In this document: piece by piece, positions 20,620 to 31,666 of the stretch
Position numbering within the stretch: the stretch's first letter is position 1
Layout of the letters: every line of letters starts with the position of its first letter
Assembly: GCA_963663475.2 (NCBI GenBank)
Contig: CAXXJV010000001.1
Location: forward strand, 1,184,001-1,248,000
Source of the DNA: Candidatus Cloacimonadales bacterium
GTDB lineage: Bacteria; Cloacimonadota; Cloacimonadia; Cloacimonadales; JAFGVF01
Reading direction: 5' to 3'
Length of the DNA: 64,000 bases
Translations under genes and position numbers: made by a program
Notes under the pieces: generated by a model
What the model was told of the DNA's origin: nothing
What the model saw: only the letters and a program-made list of their open reading frames with translations
Database searches by the model: none

Positions 20620-22899
20620 CTATTTAAGAAGAATCATCTTTTTACTAGCACAAGTATTATGAGTACTAAGTCTTAGAAGATAGATTCCTGATGACACTTT
20701 TTGATTATTATGATTTTTACCATTCCAGATTATCTGGTGTTGGCCAGCTACTTGATTCCCTTTAAACAAACTTGTAACTTTTTGACCTTTTAGGTTATAG
20801 ATATCTATTTTGATATTAGCTGATTCTTTTAGCTGGTAGGAAATAGTTGTTTCAGGATTAAAAGGATTAGGATAATTATTGATAGTTAGGAGAGGATTAG
20901 ACTCAACATCATGGGAAGTTATATTTGTAGGTATTTGATCTAGATTAAGAGTTAATTCAAGTTGTTTTACATAACCCTCACTTTCAGGTCCGATGCCGAT
21001 AATAGAAGAGCCATATGCTGTATCATCATTATAAGCCAGAAAGAGTCCGTAAGTAAGGTCCCCATAATTATAATACTGATTATATAGATTATCACTAACT
21101 TGAACAAAAGTAGGATTTCCTTCAGCTATTCCAGGATAATCTAAACTATTGAGAGATACAGGTTTTGACCAGTTAGAATTTCCCCAACCAGAAATTGAAA
21201 TCATTGTTTCTATGATTTCAGCATAAGGCTGGTAGCTTTGATTATTATGATATCTTTTATGGTAAAAACGTGATTTGTTAGTATCATGCCATATTAAAGC
21301 CATGAAACCCTCGTCATTAGCGTCAGTTATTGATAGGTGATTTAAATCCTTAAGATTATAATTGTCATTTCCTTGATTGTCGTCCCAATATTGGAAGGGC
21401 CAAATTGTTTGCAGAACAGGCCTACCCCAATAGTCACTATCTTCAGGGGTAACATTGTCATCAATTCCATCCCAAGTCCCATCATCACGAATTTCATCAA
21501 TTATCCCATCTCCATCAGCATCCCACCACAACCAAGGCTCTTCATTAGAAAGATTGTTAGCATTATTATCAATAGAAAAATAATTATCTTGCTTTCTAGG
21601 ATAGATATCAACAACTGAAAATTCATTATAAAAAGGGTCAAAAATTACTTCTTTTACTGTATGTAACTCAGGATAATAAAATCCATCATAAGTCTTCATA
21701 GTAAAGAGAGCAGGGATATGAAGTCTATTATTATTATCAAGTCCCACATTAAAGTTAGTTGATTCTCCAATACCAATAAAGAAGTCATCATCATTATAAT
21801 CATGATTTTCATCATCAAAGAACTCTCTTGCTAATGGATTTCCTTGGTGATAAGCAATTGGATCTATATAATTAGGATTATAAGAAGTAAAAGTGTCATA
21901 CATTGAGTATCTTTGCCAGAGACCCTGACCATAATTATCACAGACAAAGACATCAATAGAAGCTTCGTGGGGAACTTTAACATCATTTATATTAGACTCA
22001 TCTTTAGTAAAATGATAACCTACATAATAGAGTTTATCGTCAATTACTCTAAAGGCCATGTAAGGCTCACGTATTACATCAGCTTCTTCAATAAACCAGT
22101 CGCTTATCTCTAAAATTGTAGTCCTTTCAAAGCCACTATTATTAAAAACTTGATATTCTAACTCATTTTCAGTAAAATCCTTGTAAAAGAAGACAGGTAT
22201 GCCTGAAGCGTATTCGGAATCTGAGTTCTTATACTGTCCACAAATATATAGTCTTTGATGATCGGGCAGAGGAGAAGGTCCAATTTGTATAATTGGATCA
22301 ACTAAATCTTCAATTGTTACGTTAGCAAAAGATGTAGGAATCTCAAAAGGAGTTTGGAAGACAGGTAGTGCACTAGAAACCATTCCCAAGGCTATACCAC
22401 CAATAACAGCATCATAGGCAAAGACTAAGTTTGAAGCAGAATCATGGTCAAAAGAATCATGAAAAGCTGAAATAGGTCTTCCGTATTGACTAATAGCTAG
22501 TGAGGGGCAATCTTCGTTAGTATCATTAAGGGAAATTGCAGACAAGGAGTGAATCTCCTCTTGAGTATCAATATAGAGGTTATAAGATCTTTTCAACGAA
22601 ATATCAATGGACTTACCTGAAAAAACAAACCAATGTCCACTATAGCCACTAAATCCACTATGTATATCATTATATTGAAATGATTTGGAACGGAGTCCAT
22701 TTAATGACATATCATAGTAATTTTGCATGATGCTGACAGGATTAGATACTGATTCAATAGTTGCTGGCCATTGATCAGATTCTTGATAAGCTTTAATACT
22801 TAAAATATCTAAATATTGTGGGTGCCAAAAATCTCTTAAATCAGACCAAAGAGATATTAAACTAAATATTAATATTACAATAGCTATTATTTTTTTCAT
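20620..22899 (-). CDS. Secreted protein of unknown function with T9SS-A/FlgD-like CTD; paralog of 11726..14002
   Basis: Signal peptide; shared blocks VFVCDNYGQG, PWLWWDxDGDGIxDEI, DYWG; CTD '[11 protein letters not shown]...KKMILLK'. Confidence 0.85.
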   Translation of the reverse strand: MKKIIAIVILIFSLISLWSDLRDFWHPQYLDILSIKAYQESDQWPATIESVSNPVSIMQNYYDMSLNGLRSKSFQYNDIHSGFSGYSGHWFVFSGKSIDISLKRSYNLYIDTQEEIHSLSAISLNDTNEDCPSLAISQYGRPISAFHDSFDHDSASNLVFAYDAVIGGIALGMVSSALPVFQTPFEIPTSFANVTIEDLVDPIIQIGPSPLPDHQRLYICGQYKNSDSEYASGIPVFFYKDFTENELEYQVFNNSGFERTTILEISDWFIEEADVIREPYMAFRVIDDKLYYVGYHFTKDESNINDVKVPHEASIDVFVCDNYGQGLWQRYSMYDTFTSYNPNYIDPIAYHQGNPLAREFFDDENHDYNDDDFFIGIGESTNFNVGLDNNNRLHIPALFTMKTYDGFYYPELHTVKEVIFDPFYNEFSVVDIYPRKQDNYFSIDNNANNLSNEEPWLWWDADGDGIIDEIRDDGTWDGIDDNVTPEDSDYWGRPVLQTIWPFQYWDDNQGNDNYNLKDLNHLSITDANDEGFMALIWHDTNKSRFYHKRYHNNQSYQPYAEIIETMISISGWGNSNWSKPVSLNSLDYPGIAEGNPTFVQVSDNLYNQYYNYGDLTYGLFLAYNDDTAYGSSIIGIGPESEGYVKQLELTLNLDQIPTNITSHDVESNPLLTINNYPNPFNPETTISYQLKESANIKIDIYNLKGQKVTSLFKGNQVAGQHQIIWNGKNHNNQKVSSGIYLLRLSTHNTCASKKMILLK

Positions 22900-23110
22900 G
22901 GCTTCCTCCTCTTTCTTAGGGCCATTGAAATTCAGTGTTTAACACGAAAAGGGCGTTTGAACTAGGTTTATATACTTTTATTATCAAAATTTATTAGCTT
23001 TATACATTAATAATAATATTTATCTAGTCAGATAAATGTCAAGAGAATAATTTACTATAAATATAATAATTGAAAACTCTTAGTAGTCAAACTGAAAATT
23101 TGATTTTGTA

Positions 23111-23277
23111 TAAACCCCAATAATATAGTAAATCTTTAGAGAATAGCAGAATATTCTTCTACAAAAGTAAGATCCATAATTTCTCTGAATATATTTTATA
23201 TGCATCAACATACTGTAGGCTATTTTGCTAGAATAATCTGCACTCTTCACTAAAGTTCTACTACACTTTCTGGGATA
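23111..23277 (+). mobile_element. MITE family A, short copy
   Basis: aaccccaataatatagta...gaatagcagaat...cactcttcactaaagttctactacactttctgggata. Confidence 0.75.
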
Positions 23278-23286
23278 AATAAAAAA

Positions 23287-24045
23287 CTAGTTTTTTTTAA
23301 GCCATTTTTTAAAAGCAGTCACATTTCTTCTGCTAACAATAATATCTAGGGGGATATCTTCAGTTAGTTCTACAAGCAAGCGAGATCTTTCATATTTCTT
23401 AACGTTTTTTATTGCATAGTCAGCAATAATAAAAGACCTTGATATTCTGAAATAGTGTTTGGGATCAAGAATGCTTGCCAGGTGACCCAGAGAGTGATCA
23501 AGTATATATTTGTGGAGATTTTTGGTAATTATATAAGTAAGGTTAAACTCTGAGTAGAAGAGAATGATATTAGAAGCAGAGACTGGAGTAAAGTTAATGC
23601 CATTTTTTACCAGAAAACGGGGATTCTGAGAAGTAATTTCTGCTTGCGCATTATTTTCTTTTTTTACCAGAGGATTATTTATATTGTTAATAGTTAATGA
23701 TTTAAATTTTTCAAGATTAGTTTCAATGTCTTTTTTTCTAATTGGTTTAAGAATATAGCCGATAGTATTGAGTTTAAAGGCATGGATAGCATATTGATTA
23801 TAAGCAGTAAGGAAGAGAATAGGAGCTTGGGGAGTGTATTCAGAAAAGATCTGAAAACAGTTACCATCTCCAAGTTCTATATCGCTAAGAACAAGATCAG
23901 GTTCTTCATTAACTGAAAACCATTCAAGCCCTTGTTTAACACTTCTAATAATAGTAATTACATGATAATCTGGGTTAATTTCTTCTAGTAATTTTTTAAT
24001 TCTATTAGCTGTAAGGTATTCATCTTCAATTATAATAATATTCAT
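23287..24045 (-). CDS. LytTR-family response regulator
   Basis: REC motifs IIEDE, LSDIEL, FLTAY, YILKPI; C-terminal FRISRSFI LytTR motif. Confidence 0.93.
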   Translation of the reverse strand: MNIIIIEDEYLTANRIKKLLEEINPDYHVITIIRSVKQGLEWFSVNEEPDLVLSDIELGDGNCFQIFSEYTPQAPILFLTAYNQYAIHAFKLNTIGYILKPIRKKDIETNLEKFKSLTINNINNPLVKKENNAQAEITSQNPRFLVKNGINFTPVSASNIILFYSEFNLTYIITKNLHKYILDHSLGHLASILDPKHYFRISRSFIIADYAIKNVKKYERSRLLVELTEDIPLDIIVSRRNVTAFKKWLKKN

Positions 24046-25833
24046 TTATACCTCTCTTAGCATGGGTATTTTAGCAATAAATTTTCTATCTGTTTCAATT
24101 ATAACAATATTAATCTGTTTTAATAGGAAGAGTCTTTGATTAAGATTCTTCAATCCTAGCTTAGAAGTTTCATTATTGTGTTTTTTTAATTGTAGTATAT
24201 TTTCCACAACTAGATAATTATCTTGAGCGTAAATTTTGATGAGCAAAGGAGATTCTTCAGTGGCAATATTATGTTTAATAGCATTTTCAATTAGCATTTG
24301 CACACTGAGCGGAGGAACAAATTTTGTTAATTCAGACTTGTCAATTTCGATAGAAGTATTAATAGTATCTTCAAATCTTTTTTTAAGCAAGAAGATAAAA
24401 GCAGAACAGAAGTCTAGCTCTTCTTTAAGGGTAACAAAGTTTGATTCGTGAGTATCTAAGATATAGCGATAGACATTAGAAAATTCTTGAATATAGTCGA
24501 TAGCACACTCTTTATCAACATCAATCAGGGCTATAAGGGTACCTAAGCTATTAAAGAGGAAGTGGGGGTCTAGTTGTTTTTTAAGGCTATTGAGTTGGGA
24601 TTGGAGATTAGATTCAGTAAGTTCTAAGTTTTTAATTTTTTCCATTTGCAGTTCATTAATTGTCATAATATATTGCTTGTAGGTAAAGAAAGCAAAGGAG
24701 ATAATCCAGGCTACTAAGCCAAGTCCGATAGGACCAAACATAGTTATAGAATTAGTTCTGGGTAGAAAGAGGGGAGAAAAAAGCAGGATAGTATTTAGCA
24801 TAGCTGAGCTGGAAAATAATAGCTTGGTATTAAGCAGGTCTATTTTGGATATATTAAGTTGGTGAATTATTAGGAGATGATAGAGAATGAGGAGTATAAG
24901 TGAGGAAAATCTGCTAAAGGCAATAGCACGAGGGAACAAGAAGATTATGATTAGGTTACAGATTATTAAGAGGGATATAGAGGCCATGAATTTCTTTTTT
25001 AAGAAAGATGCCATGAGTAGTCCAAAGAAAACCCAGATAAGGTGATAGAAAGTTAGTATATAGAGCATTCTTGAGAAAGTAAAGTCTGAGAAGAAGAGAG
25101 AAAGAGGGGAAAGCATCCAGTAGAAGACACCAGCAGTTGCCATGAGAAGAGTGAAGAAGAGGATAGTAAAATTAGGATTTTTAATTTTGATGAAAAAAAT
25201 TATAAGGGTAAGTAAAGAAACAAAGATGAGAAAGTTTCCCACAAAGAAGGTTAGATAGTCAGTATTTCTTTTAATGATTTCTTCATTGATAATGTATTCT
25301 CTCAGGCTAGCTTCGTCTCCAACTAGGATTGGAAAGAATTTAAAGAGAGGTGTTTTTTGATCAATATCAATGGAAAAATAGATATTAGAAGAATCAAATT
25401 CATCGTATTGAGAGTTATTTTTTAAGATAATTATCTGTTTATTCATATGAGAGTTGATGTTAAGGTTACTTATAGAGGATTGACTTTCTTTGGTGGGGAA
25501 GATTTGTCCTGGATAATAAACAGTTAGCTCGTTTTTAAGAGAATGGAAATAGATGGCATTGAAAGGGATAATCATTCCTGAGAGGTCAATTTTAAACCAG
25601 ACTTTAGTATGTTCTTTAATACCACTATATCGATATTCTTCTATACTTTTCCAGGCATTAAGGGGGATGTCTAAAAAGTTAGGATAATTATCTTGAGATT
25701 CAGGAACCTTACCAATGAAGAACTTTATATCATGATGAGTAAAGACTTTTAACTTGTTTTCGAATATAGTTGATATTCCAAACAAATTAGCAGAAAATAG
25801 AATGAATATTACTATTAGCTTTAGATGCTTCAT
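24046..25833 (-). CDS. LytS/YehU-family membrane sensor histidine kinase
   Basis: Multiple transmembrane segments; QLDPHFLFNSL H-box; LIENAIKHN; GLKNLNQRL. Confidence 0.92.
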   Translation of the reverse strand: MKHLKLIVIFILFSANLFGISTIFENKLKVFTHHDIKFFIGKVPESQDNYPNFLDIPLNAWKSIEEYRYSGIKEHTKVWFKIDLSGMIIPFNAIYFHSLKNELTVYYPGQIFPTKESQSSISNLNINSHMNKQIIILKNNSQYDEFDSSNIYFSIDIDQKTPLFKFFPILVGDEASLREYIINEEIIKRNTDYLTFFVGNFLIFVSLLTLIIFFIKIKNPNFTILFFTLLMATAGVFYWMLSPLSLFFSDFTFSRMLYILTFYHLIWVFFGLLMASFLKKKFMASISLLIICNLIIIFLFPRAIAFSRFSSLILLILYHLLIIHQLNISKIDLLNTKLLFSSSAMLNTILLFSPLFLPRTNSITMFGPIGLGLVAWIISFAFFTYKQYIMTINELQMEKIKNLELTESNLQSQLNSLKKQLDPHFLFNSLGTLIALIDVDKECAIDYIQEFSNVYRYILDTHESNFVTLKEELDFCSAFIFLLKKRFEDTINTSIEIDKSELTKFVPPLSVQMLIENAIKHNIATEESPLLIKIYAQDNYLVVENILQLKKHNNETSKLGLKNLNQRLFLLKQINIVIIETDRKFIAKIPMLREV

Positions 25834-25914
25834 ATTCCCTCAAATGTTTTTATTTAACCTGAATAAGCAGATTTATATTATTTAAAATTTGGGAAATGAC
25901 AAGTCAAGAACTTT

Positions 25915-26676
25915 TTATAGCTTTTGTCCTAAAATTATTAAATTATCAGAATCTGCTTTTACTTTATTTAAATCAAAATCTCCATAGATGTCAAGAAGCT
26001 TAAAACCACAGTGGTGTAATAGTAAGTGTAAGAATTCAATCCTTATGCCCTTTAAGGCAAGATGATGGTGAATAACTTGACGATTTCCTGTTTCATCTTC
26101 AAGTACATAACTATCATACCAGTTAGTAATCTGCCTTAACCTATCTACTGTATGTGAGGTAAACATAGATATTTCTTTTTTAAGTTCTTTGTGATATTTT
26201 TTATAGAGGAGAACTTTCTGCTGTTCTTGAGGTAAATCACAGGTATAGGGGCAAATATCAAAGGCGATATATGCCTTAGGATTCATGAATTTATTAATAT
26301 GCATTAAGGCCTTAATTTGGTCTTCAAGTTCTAGTAAATATTGAAATGTGGAGTAACTATAGAAGACAAAATCATATTTTTGTGGTAGAATATAAGAGGT
26401 CATATCTCCCAAGAATATTTTTTCTTTAGGAAAGTTAGGATGATTAGATTTCATCATCTTTATCAGAAGAGGAGATTTATCTAAAGCTGATATATCAATG
26501 TTATTTTGGGCTAGTTTACTACTAATCCTTCCTGAACCGCAACCAATCTCCAAAACCTTTCCAGGAAATCTCTTACATAACTTAAGCCAAGCCTTATAAT
26601 CACTAGTTTGATGTGAATTTATAGCATATAATTCCCAATCAAAAAGAAAGGCATAATCATCCCAATTAAGCTGCAT
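25915..26676 (-). CDS. Class I SAM-dependent methyltransferase
   Basis: VLEIGCGSG motif I, GDM, YDFV, C-terminal YGDFD. Confidence 0.9.
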   Translation of the reverse strand: MQLNWDDYAFLFDWELYAINSHQTSDYKAWLKLCKRFPGKVLEIGCGSGRISSKLAQNNIDISALDKSPLLIKMMKSNHPNFPKEKIFLGDMTSYILPQKYDFVFYSYSTFQYLLELEDQIKALMHINKFMNPKAYIAFDICPYTCDLPQEQQKVLLYKKYHKELKKEISMFTSHTVDRLRQITNWYDSYVLEDETGNRQVIHHHLALKGIRIEFLHLLLHHCGFKLLDIYGDFDLNKVKADSDNLIILGQKL

Positions 26677-26681
26677 AATCT

Positions 26682-27182
26682 TTACTCCTCTTGGCAGATT
26701 AGTTTCTTTATTGAATCAGCTGTCTCTTCAATAGTCATATCTGAAGAATCTACCTTGATAGTATTCATGTCGTAATAGGCAGCTAGTCTTTCAATACTTG
26801 CTTGGATTTGGTCATCACTTCTCCCAGCTTTAACTAATCTTTGACGTATAATGGCTGGTCTAGCAATCAAGGATATTTTAATAATTTCTACATTTTCTGG
26901 CTTGGAAAGCTTTTCAATCAGAGAATCAAGCAACCATTCATAGGGGATAACCCAATTAAAGACAATATATTTAATCGAAGAATTAGCTATAAAGTTATTT
27001 AATAGGTAGCTGATATTATCTTCTACCATTCTTTTATTTTCAGCAGTTACTTGGAAGGGATTAAGCATCCAACACCAATCTCCATCCAACCAAACAGAAT
27101 CTTCTAACTTCTGGTATAGTTCTTGGCTGACTGCTGTTTTCCCAATACCAGGGCTACCATTAATTATTATCAGCTTTTTCAT
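26682..27182 (-). CDS. Small P-loop nucleotide kinase-like protein (AAA family)
   Basis: GSPGIGKT, WLDGDWCW; start overlaps the argS stop (TAATG). Confidence 0.85.
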   Translation of the reverse strand: MKKLIIINGSPGIGKTAVSQELYQKLEDSVWLDGDWCWMLNPFQVTAENKRMVEDNISYLLNNFIANSSIKYIVFNWVIPYEWLLDSLIEKLSKPENVEIIKISLIARPAIIRQRLVKAGRSDDQIQASIERLAAYYDMNTIKVDSSDMTIEETADSIKKLICQEE

Positions 27183-28867
27183 TACATCTCTTCTAAAGTT
27201 TGGATTCCTAGTAAGTCAAGCACTATGCCGATTGTATTTCTAAAAGCAGCTACAAGAGCTAAACGTTGACCTGAAAATTGGCTCTTGAGAACTGGACACT
27301 CATGGAAAAAATGATTGAAACTTTGACAGAGATCATAAGCATAGTTGGCTAGCATTGAGGGAACTAATTTCTGGATAGAATCATGTAATACTTGAGGGAA
27401 GTTTGCTATCTTTTTGATTAAACGCATCTCACTTTGGTTAGCAGACCATGGCTGAGTATCCATTTCCCTATTAGCTTTACGTAAAATTGAAGAAGCTCTA
27501 GCATAACTGTAGAGTAGATAAGGACCTGTATCACCTTCAAAGCGGATAGCTTCTTTAGGATTAAAAATCATGTTTTTACTAGTTTCTGTTTTAAGAAGTT
27601 GGTATTTTATAGCAGCTAAAGATATGGCTAAGGCCCTTTTTTCTACTTCAGCTGAATCCATATCTTCATATCTTTTTAAGATTTCATCTTTGGCTAGATC
27701 GGCAGTATTAATTATCAGATCATCAGCATCAACAACAGTGCCTTCTCTTGATTTCATTTTTCCTTCTGGAAGCTCAACCATGCCATAAGATAAGTGCTGA
27801 ATACCATCAGCATAACTGGCTCCTAACATTTGTAAAATTCTTTTAAGAACTGTGAAGTGATATTCTTGCTCATTTCCAACAACATAAATTGACTTATCAT
27901 AGGAGAAATCTTGGTTCTTTAAATAGGCTAAATAAATATCCTGAACGATATAAACAGAAGTTCCATTAGATCTAAGCAAGACTTTCTCACCTAAGCCATA
28001 TTCCTCTAGATCGGCTACGATAGCACCATCTTCCCGCTTAGTAAAAATGCCTCTTTCTAAACCATCAAGTATTATTTCTTTACCATTTTTGAAAATCTTA
28101 CTTTCATAATATTCTTTGTCAAAAGATGTACCAAACAATCTAAAAGTTTCCTTAAAACCTGAAAAAGCCCACTCATTCATCTGCTGCCAAAGAGAAACAA
28201 CTTGAGGGTTTCCAGCTTCCCATTTTTCTAGCATTTGCAAGGCTTTATCTTCATAATTAGTATCAATTTTTGCCTGCTGAGCAAATTTCACATAGTAATC
28301 ACCAACAAAGTGATCTGACTTTATTCCAAGCTCTTCAGGTCTTTGACCATTAGCGAAATCTTGATAAGACAGCATTGATTTGCAAATATGGACACCTCTG
28401 TCATTAAAAATACATGTCTTGAATACTTCTTGTCCGCCATAAGCTAATATCCTAGCAGTACTTTCCCCAATGGCCATATTTCTTAGATGACCTAGATGCA
28501 AAGGTTTGTTGGTGTTAGGGGAACAGTATTCGACAACTGTTTGGGTCCTGGAATGACCTCTACCATAATCTGATTGCAGAGCTTGCTCTAATACTTGATT
28601 AATAACCCATTCTGCTTCCAGGAAGATATTCAGATAACCTCCAACTGCTTGTAGATTAGCAAATTCAGGATATGATTTGAATCTTTCCGCTAAATCTTGG
28701 GCTATTAGATTTGGACTTTTCCTAAACTGCTTGGCTAAACTAAAGCATGGAAGAGCAAAGTCTCCCATCTCATCATTTGGGGGTGTCTCAATTACTCTTG
28801 TTAAATCTTCAAGAGTAAAAAATTCTGATAATTCTTTATGTAATATTTGGATTATTTCATTTTTCAT
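27182..28867 (-). CDS. argS: Arginine--tRNA ligase
   Basis: EYCSPNTNKPLHLGHLRN (HIGH), KMKSREG, FEGDTGPYLLYSYARA. Start moved to ATG 28867 behind gaggt. Confidence 0.97.
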   Translation of the reverse strand: MKNEIIQILHKELSEFFTLEDLTRVIETPPNDEMGDFALPCFSLAKQFRKSPNLIAQDLAERFKSYPEFANLQAVGGYLNIFLEAEWVINQVLEQALQSDYGRGHSRTQTVVEYCSPNTNKPLHLGHLRNMAIGESTARILAYGGQEVFKTCIFNDRGVHICKSMLSYQDFANGQRPEELGIKSDHFVGDYYVKFAQQAKIDTNYEDKALQMLEKWEAGNPQVVSLWQQMNEWAFSGFKETFRLFGTSFDKEYYESKIFKNGKEIILDGLERGIFTKREDGAIVADLEEYGLGEKVLLRSNGTSVYIVQDIYLAYLKNQDFSYDKSIYVVGNEQEYHFTVLKRILQMLGASYADGIQHLSYGMVELPEGKMKSREGTVVDADDLIINTADLAKDEILKRYEDMDSAEVEKRALAISLAAIKYQLLKTETSKNMIFNPKEAIRFEGDTGPYLLYSYARASSILRKANREMDTQPWSANQSEMRLIKKIANFPQVLHDSIQKLVPSMLANYAYDLCQSFNHFFHECPVLKSQFSGQRLALVAAFRNTIGIVLDLLGIQTLEEM

Positions 28868-28942
28868 AGAAACCTCGTAAATCATTATAAATGTCAATAT
28901 TTTAATTATTGATAAATGGGCAATGATTTTTTTTAGTATTTA

Positions 28943-29106
28943 ACCCAAATAATGCAGTAGACCTTTGTGAATAGCACTATATTCTTCTGCAAAAGTAGCT
29001 TCCATAATTTTCATGAATATATATATTACATGCTTTCATATTCTGTAACTTATTTTACTAAAAGGATATGCACTCTTCTCTAAAACTCTACTATACCATT
29101 CAGAAT
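28943..29106 (+). mobile_element. MITE family A, short copy
   Basis: acccaaataatgcagtagacctttgtgaatagcac ... tctactataccattcagaat. Confidence 0.8.
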
Positions 29107-29109
29107 AAA

Positions 29110-29139
29110 GAGGGGAAAAACATCTGAATTTTTCCCCTC
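29110..29139 (-). terminator. Hairpin at the end of the gld-like operon (probable terminator)
   Basis: gaggggaaaaa-catctgaa-tttttcccctc. Confidence 0.6.
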
Positions 29140-29172
29140 AAATCACTTGTCATCTTTTTATGATGATATATA

Positions 29173-30093
29173 TTATTTTACTAATTCTGTTAAATCAATA
29201 TCAAAATCCTCTCTAACATTCTTTTGAATAAGATAAAGGGGAGATTTCTGACTTCCCAACTGCAACAAATCACTTGTAGAATCATAAGGGATAATAGTTA
29301 GAATCTTAGATCCTGAATCAGAGGTATTAATCTTAATTGATAACTGAGGATCACTAAGTAAATCTTGGTAATTCTCATATTCTTTATCTAAGAAGTCGGT
29401 AGCTCTTAAAGACTTAAAGCGATTAAGCAGTTTTTTCATTACTTGATTATTATCTTCAACATCTTGAGAGAAGTCATTTTCTGTAAACTTCCAGAGAGAA
29501 TCTGCATAAGCAAATTTATAGTTTCTTTCTTTGCTAATCACGTGGAAGTCTAGAATATTATCTGTATCTAATTCCAGAATAATATTTTCTCTCCATCCTT
29601 TTATATCTGGCTTAATTGACCAACTTAAGTTTTCTGAAAGCTGGTAAATTTCAGTAGATTGGGGATGGCGAGCATATGAGAAATTATAGTTTTCAGCTCT
29701 TCCAATCAAGGCCTTTCTTATTATATTACCTTCTGCATCGAAGATAGTAATTAAGGTTGCTAAACTATCTTTCACGTTATAGGCTTCTTGAGCCTTTTCG
29801 GAAATAGCAATAGGCATAGAAGATGTTTTACAGGAAGTTAATTTATTGATTAAATCTTCACTTTTTCTCTTTTTAATAGGAGATTCTACTGGATCAGTCA
29901 TTTCCCAGGTATCACTATTCTTAACTAAGGTTATTGATCCTGTGGTATCCGTTAAGACAATTGTATGAAAATTATCTGCATTCTCACCAAAATAATAGAA
30001 TACCTTCTCGGTAGGTTCATTCATATTGATAATCATGAATATTCCTGCAACTAATAAGAGGACAAGTAGGGCTATTATATTTTTTCTATTCAT
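29173..30093 (-). CDS. DUF4340-like periplasmic protein
   Basis: N-terminal TM, twice-repeated 'L.K....W....P' type module, typical position after GldG. Start moved to ATG 30093 (RBS ggag, overlaps the GldG stop). Confidence 0.75.
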   Translation of the reverse strand: MNRKNIIALLVLLLVAGIFMIINMNEPTEKVFYYFGENADNFHTIVLTDTTGSITLVKNSDTWEMTDPVESPIKKRKSEDLINKLTSCKTSSMPIAISEKAQEAYNVKDSLATLITIFDAEGNIIRKALIGRAENYNFSYARHPQSTEIYQLSENLSWSIKPDIKGWRENIILELDTDNILDFHVISKERNYKFAYADSLWKFTENDFSQDVEDNNQVMKKLLNRFKSLRATDFLDKEYENYQDLLSDPQLSIKINTSDSGSKILTIIPYDSTSDLLQLGSQKSPLYLIQKNVREDFDIDLTELVK

Positions 30094-31657
30094 AAATCTT
30101 CTCCAACATTCTCTTTTTATTATTGTATAGTTTGAAAGAAAGCAAGCCATAAAGAATTAATAAGATAGATGGAAGTAGAATATTAGTCCATTTTATAAGT
30201 TTTTTCTTCTGACTTGAGATATCAGATTTAAGAGGTTTATACTCAGTCCCACGTGAGCGAAGTTGGATTAATGAACCATCTCCAACAATAGTATCTAAAG
30301 TATTTAAAACAAACTCCATATTTGTTTTGTTACCAGCTCCTGCATCATCAAGTAAAATCTCAGAATCAGCAAGGTAGATAATTTGAGTTGGTTGCGATTC
30401 CTTAATATTGTCAGGAATATCTGTTTGGTTAGCAAAGTAGCTTTTGAATGTACCTTGATAGATACCAGCTAGAGTAGCTGCTTCCTCATTTAACATTGTT
30501 TCTAAATCTTTATTCATGTAGTTATTAACATTAATATCGAAACGAGGTGCTGCAACTCTTTTACTGTTTTGAGATGTGTATATTAGAGGGGTGAAAGTGA
30601 TACCTTCAGGAAGATTACTTGCATCTAATTCTGAAGGGAAAACTAAAGACATAACTTCGATGTTACCTACTAAATCAGCATCTTCATTAAAATTGCTAAT
30701 AATAGGAATGAAAGGGTATTTAACAGGTGTTTGCATAGTAAACATACCCTGCCTTCTACTCAAGTTAACCTGACCACAATTTGCATCACCTACTAAATTT
30801 TGTTTCACATTGATACCATAAGAACTAAGTAAGTCAAAGAGATTAGACTTGATAGCTTCAGCCTGTTGAGTTTGAATCGAAGCTCTTACTCTATCCTGGA
30901 AGAAGGCAACAGAGCCACCTTTCATGATAAATTGGTCAAGATTATATAATTGGTCAAAAGAAAGAGAGTCTTTTAAACCAGTAATAACCAAGCCGTCAAT
31001 ATCATCACTCAATGGTTGGGATAAATCACTTTCTTCTACTTGATATGATTCAGCTAAGAGAGCATTAAAAGTTGAATAATTATCTCTTGCCCGACCAAAC
31101 ATGTCTTGAGATACTTCTTGAGGTTTGAAGACTGCTATTTTCTTTTGCTTATCTGAAATGAGCTTTTTGATAGCAGAAGTGATATCATATTCTAAGCCTT
31201 GAGTCTTTTGAACAAGGGGAATAGTCTCTGTTTTTCCTTGGTAGAGAAAGGCTAAGCCTAGATAAACTTCTCGAATCTCCATTTTATCATTTTCATTTAT
31301 CTGCATTTGGACAGGTTGAATCATATTCTTTTGAGCTTCATTCTTTAACTCTTCTTCAGAAGCAGGATCTATAAATTCAAATTTAAGATGTCCCTTAGAA
31401 TAGACAGCATATTCTGCTAATAAATCTTTGGTATATCTACGAGCATCAGCATACTCAGGAGGTAGATTTTCCGAGAAATAAGCCTTAACTACTAGTCTAT
31501 CCTCTAAGCTTTGAATTGTGTTTTTGGATGTTTCAGATAAAGAATACATCTTGTTTTTAGATAAATCAAAGCGATGGAAGAGTGATACTGAAATCAAGTT
31601 TAATATTACTATAATACCAATTATGATTAATACATTTATCCATAAAGATTTTTTCAT
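30086..31657 (-). CDS. gldG: GldG-family ABC auxiliary component
   Basis: RFDLSKNKMYSLS, FEFIDP, LEYDITSAI, LDQFIMKGG; N- and C-terminal TM. Confidence 0.85.
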   Translation of the reverse strand: MKKSLWINVLIIIGIIVILNLISVSLFHRFDLSKNKMYSLSETSKNTIQSLEDRLVVKAYFSENLPPEYADARRYTKDLLAEYAVYSKGHLKFEFIDPASEEELKNEAQKNMIQPVQMQINENDKMEIREVYLGLAFLYQGKTETIPLVQKTQGLEYDITSAIKKLISDKQKKIAVFKPQEVSQDMFGRARDNYSTFNALLAESYQVEESDLSQPLSDDIDGLVITGLKDSLSFDQLYNLDQFIMKGGSVAFFQDRVRASIQTQQAEAIKSNLFDLLSSYGINVKQNLVGDANCGQVNLSRRQGMFTMQTPVKYPFIPIISNFNEDADLVGNIEVMSLVFPSELDASNLPEGITFTPLIYTSQNSKRVAAPRFDINVNNYMNKDLETMLNEEAATLAGIYQGTFKSYFANQTDIPDNIKESQPTQIIYLADSEILLDDAGAGNKTNMEFVLNTLDTIVGDGSLIQLRSRGTEYKPLKSDISSQKKKLIKWTNILLPSILLILYGLLSFKLYNNKKRMLEKIYE

Positions 31658-31666
31658 AATTCCCTC

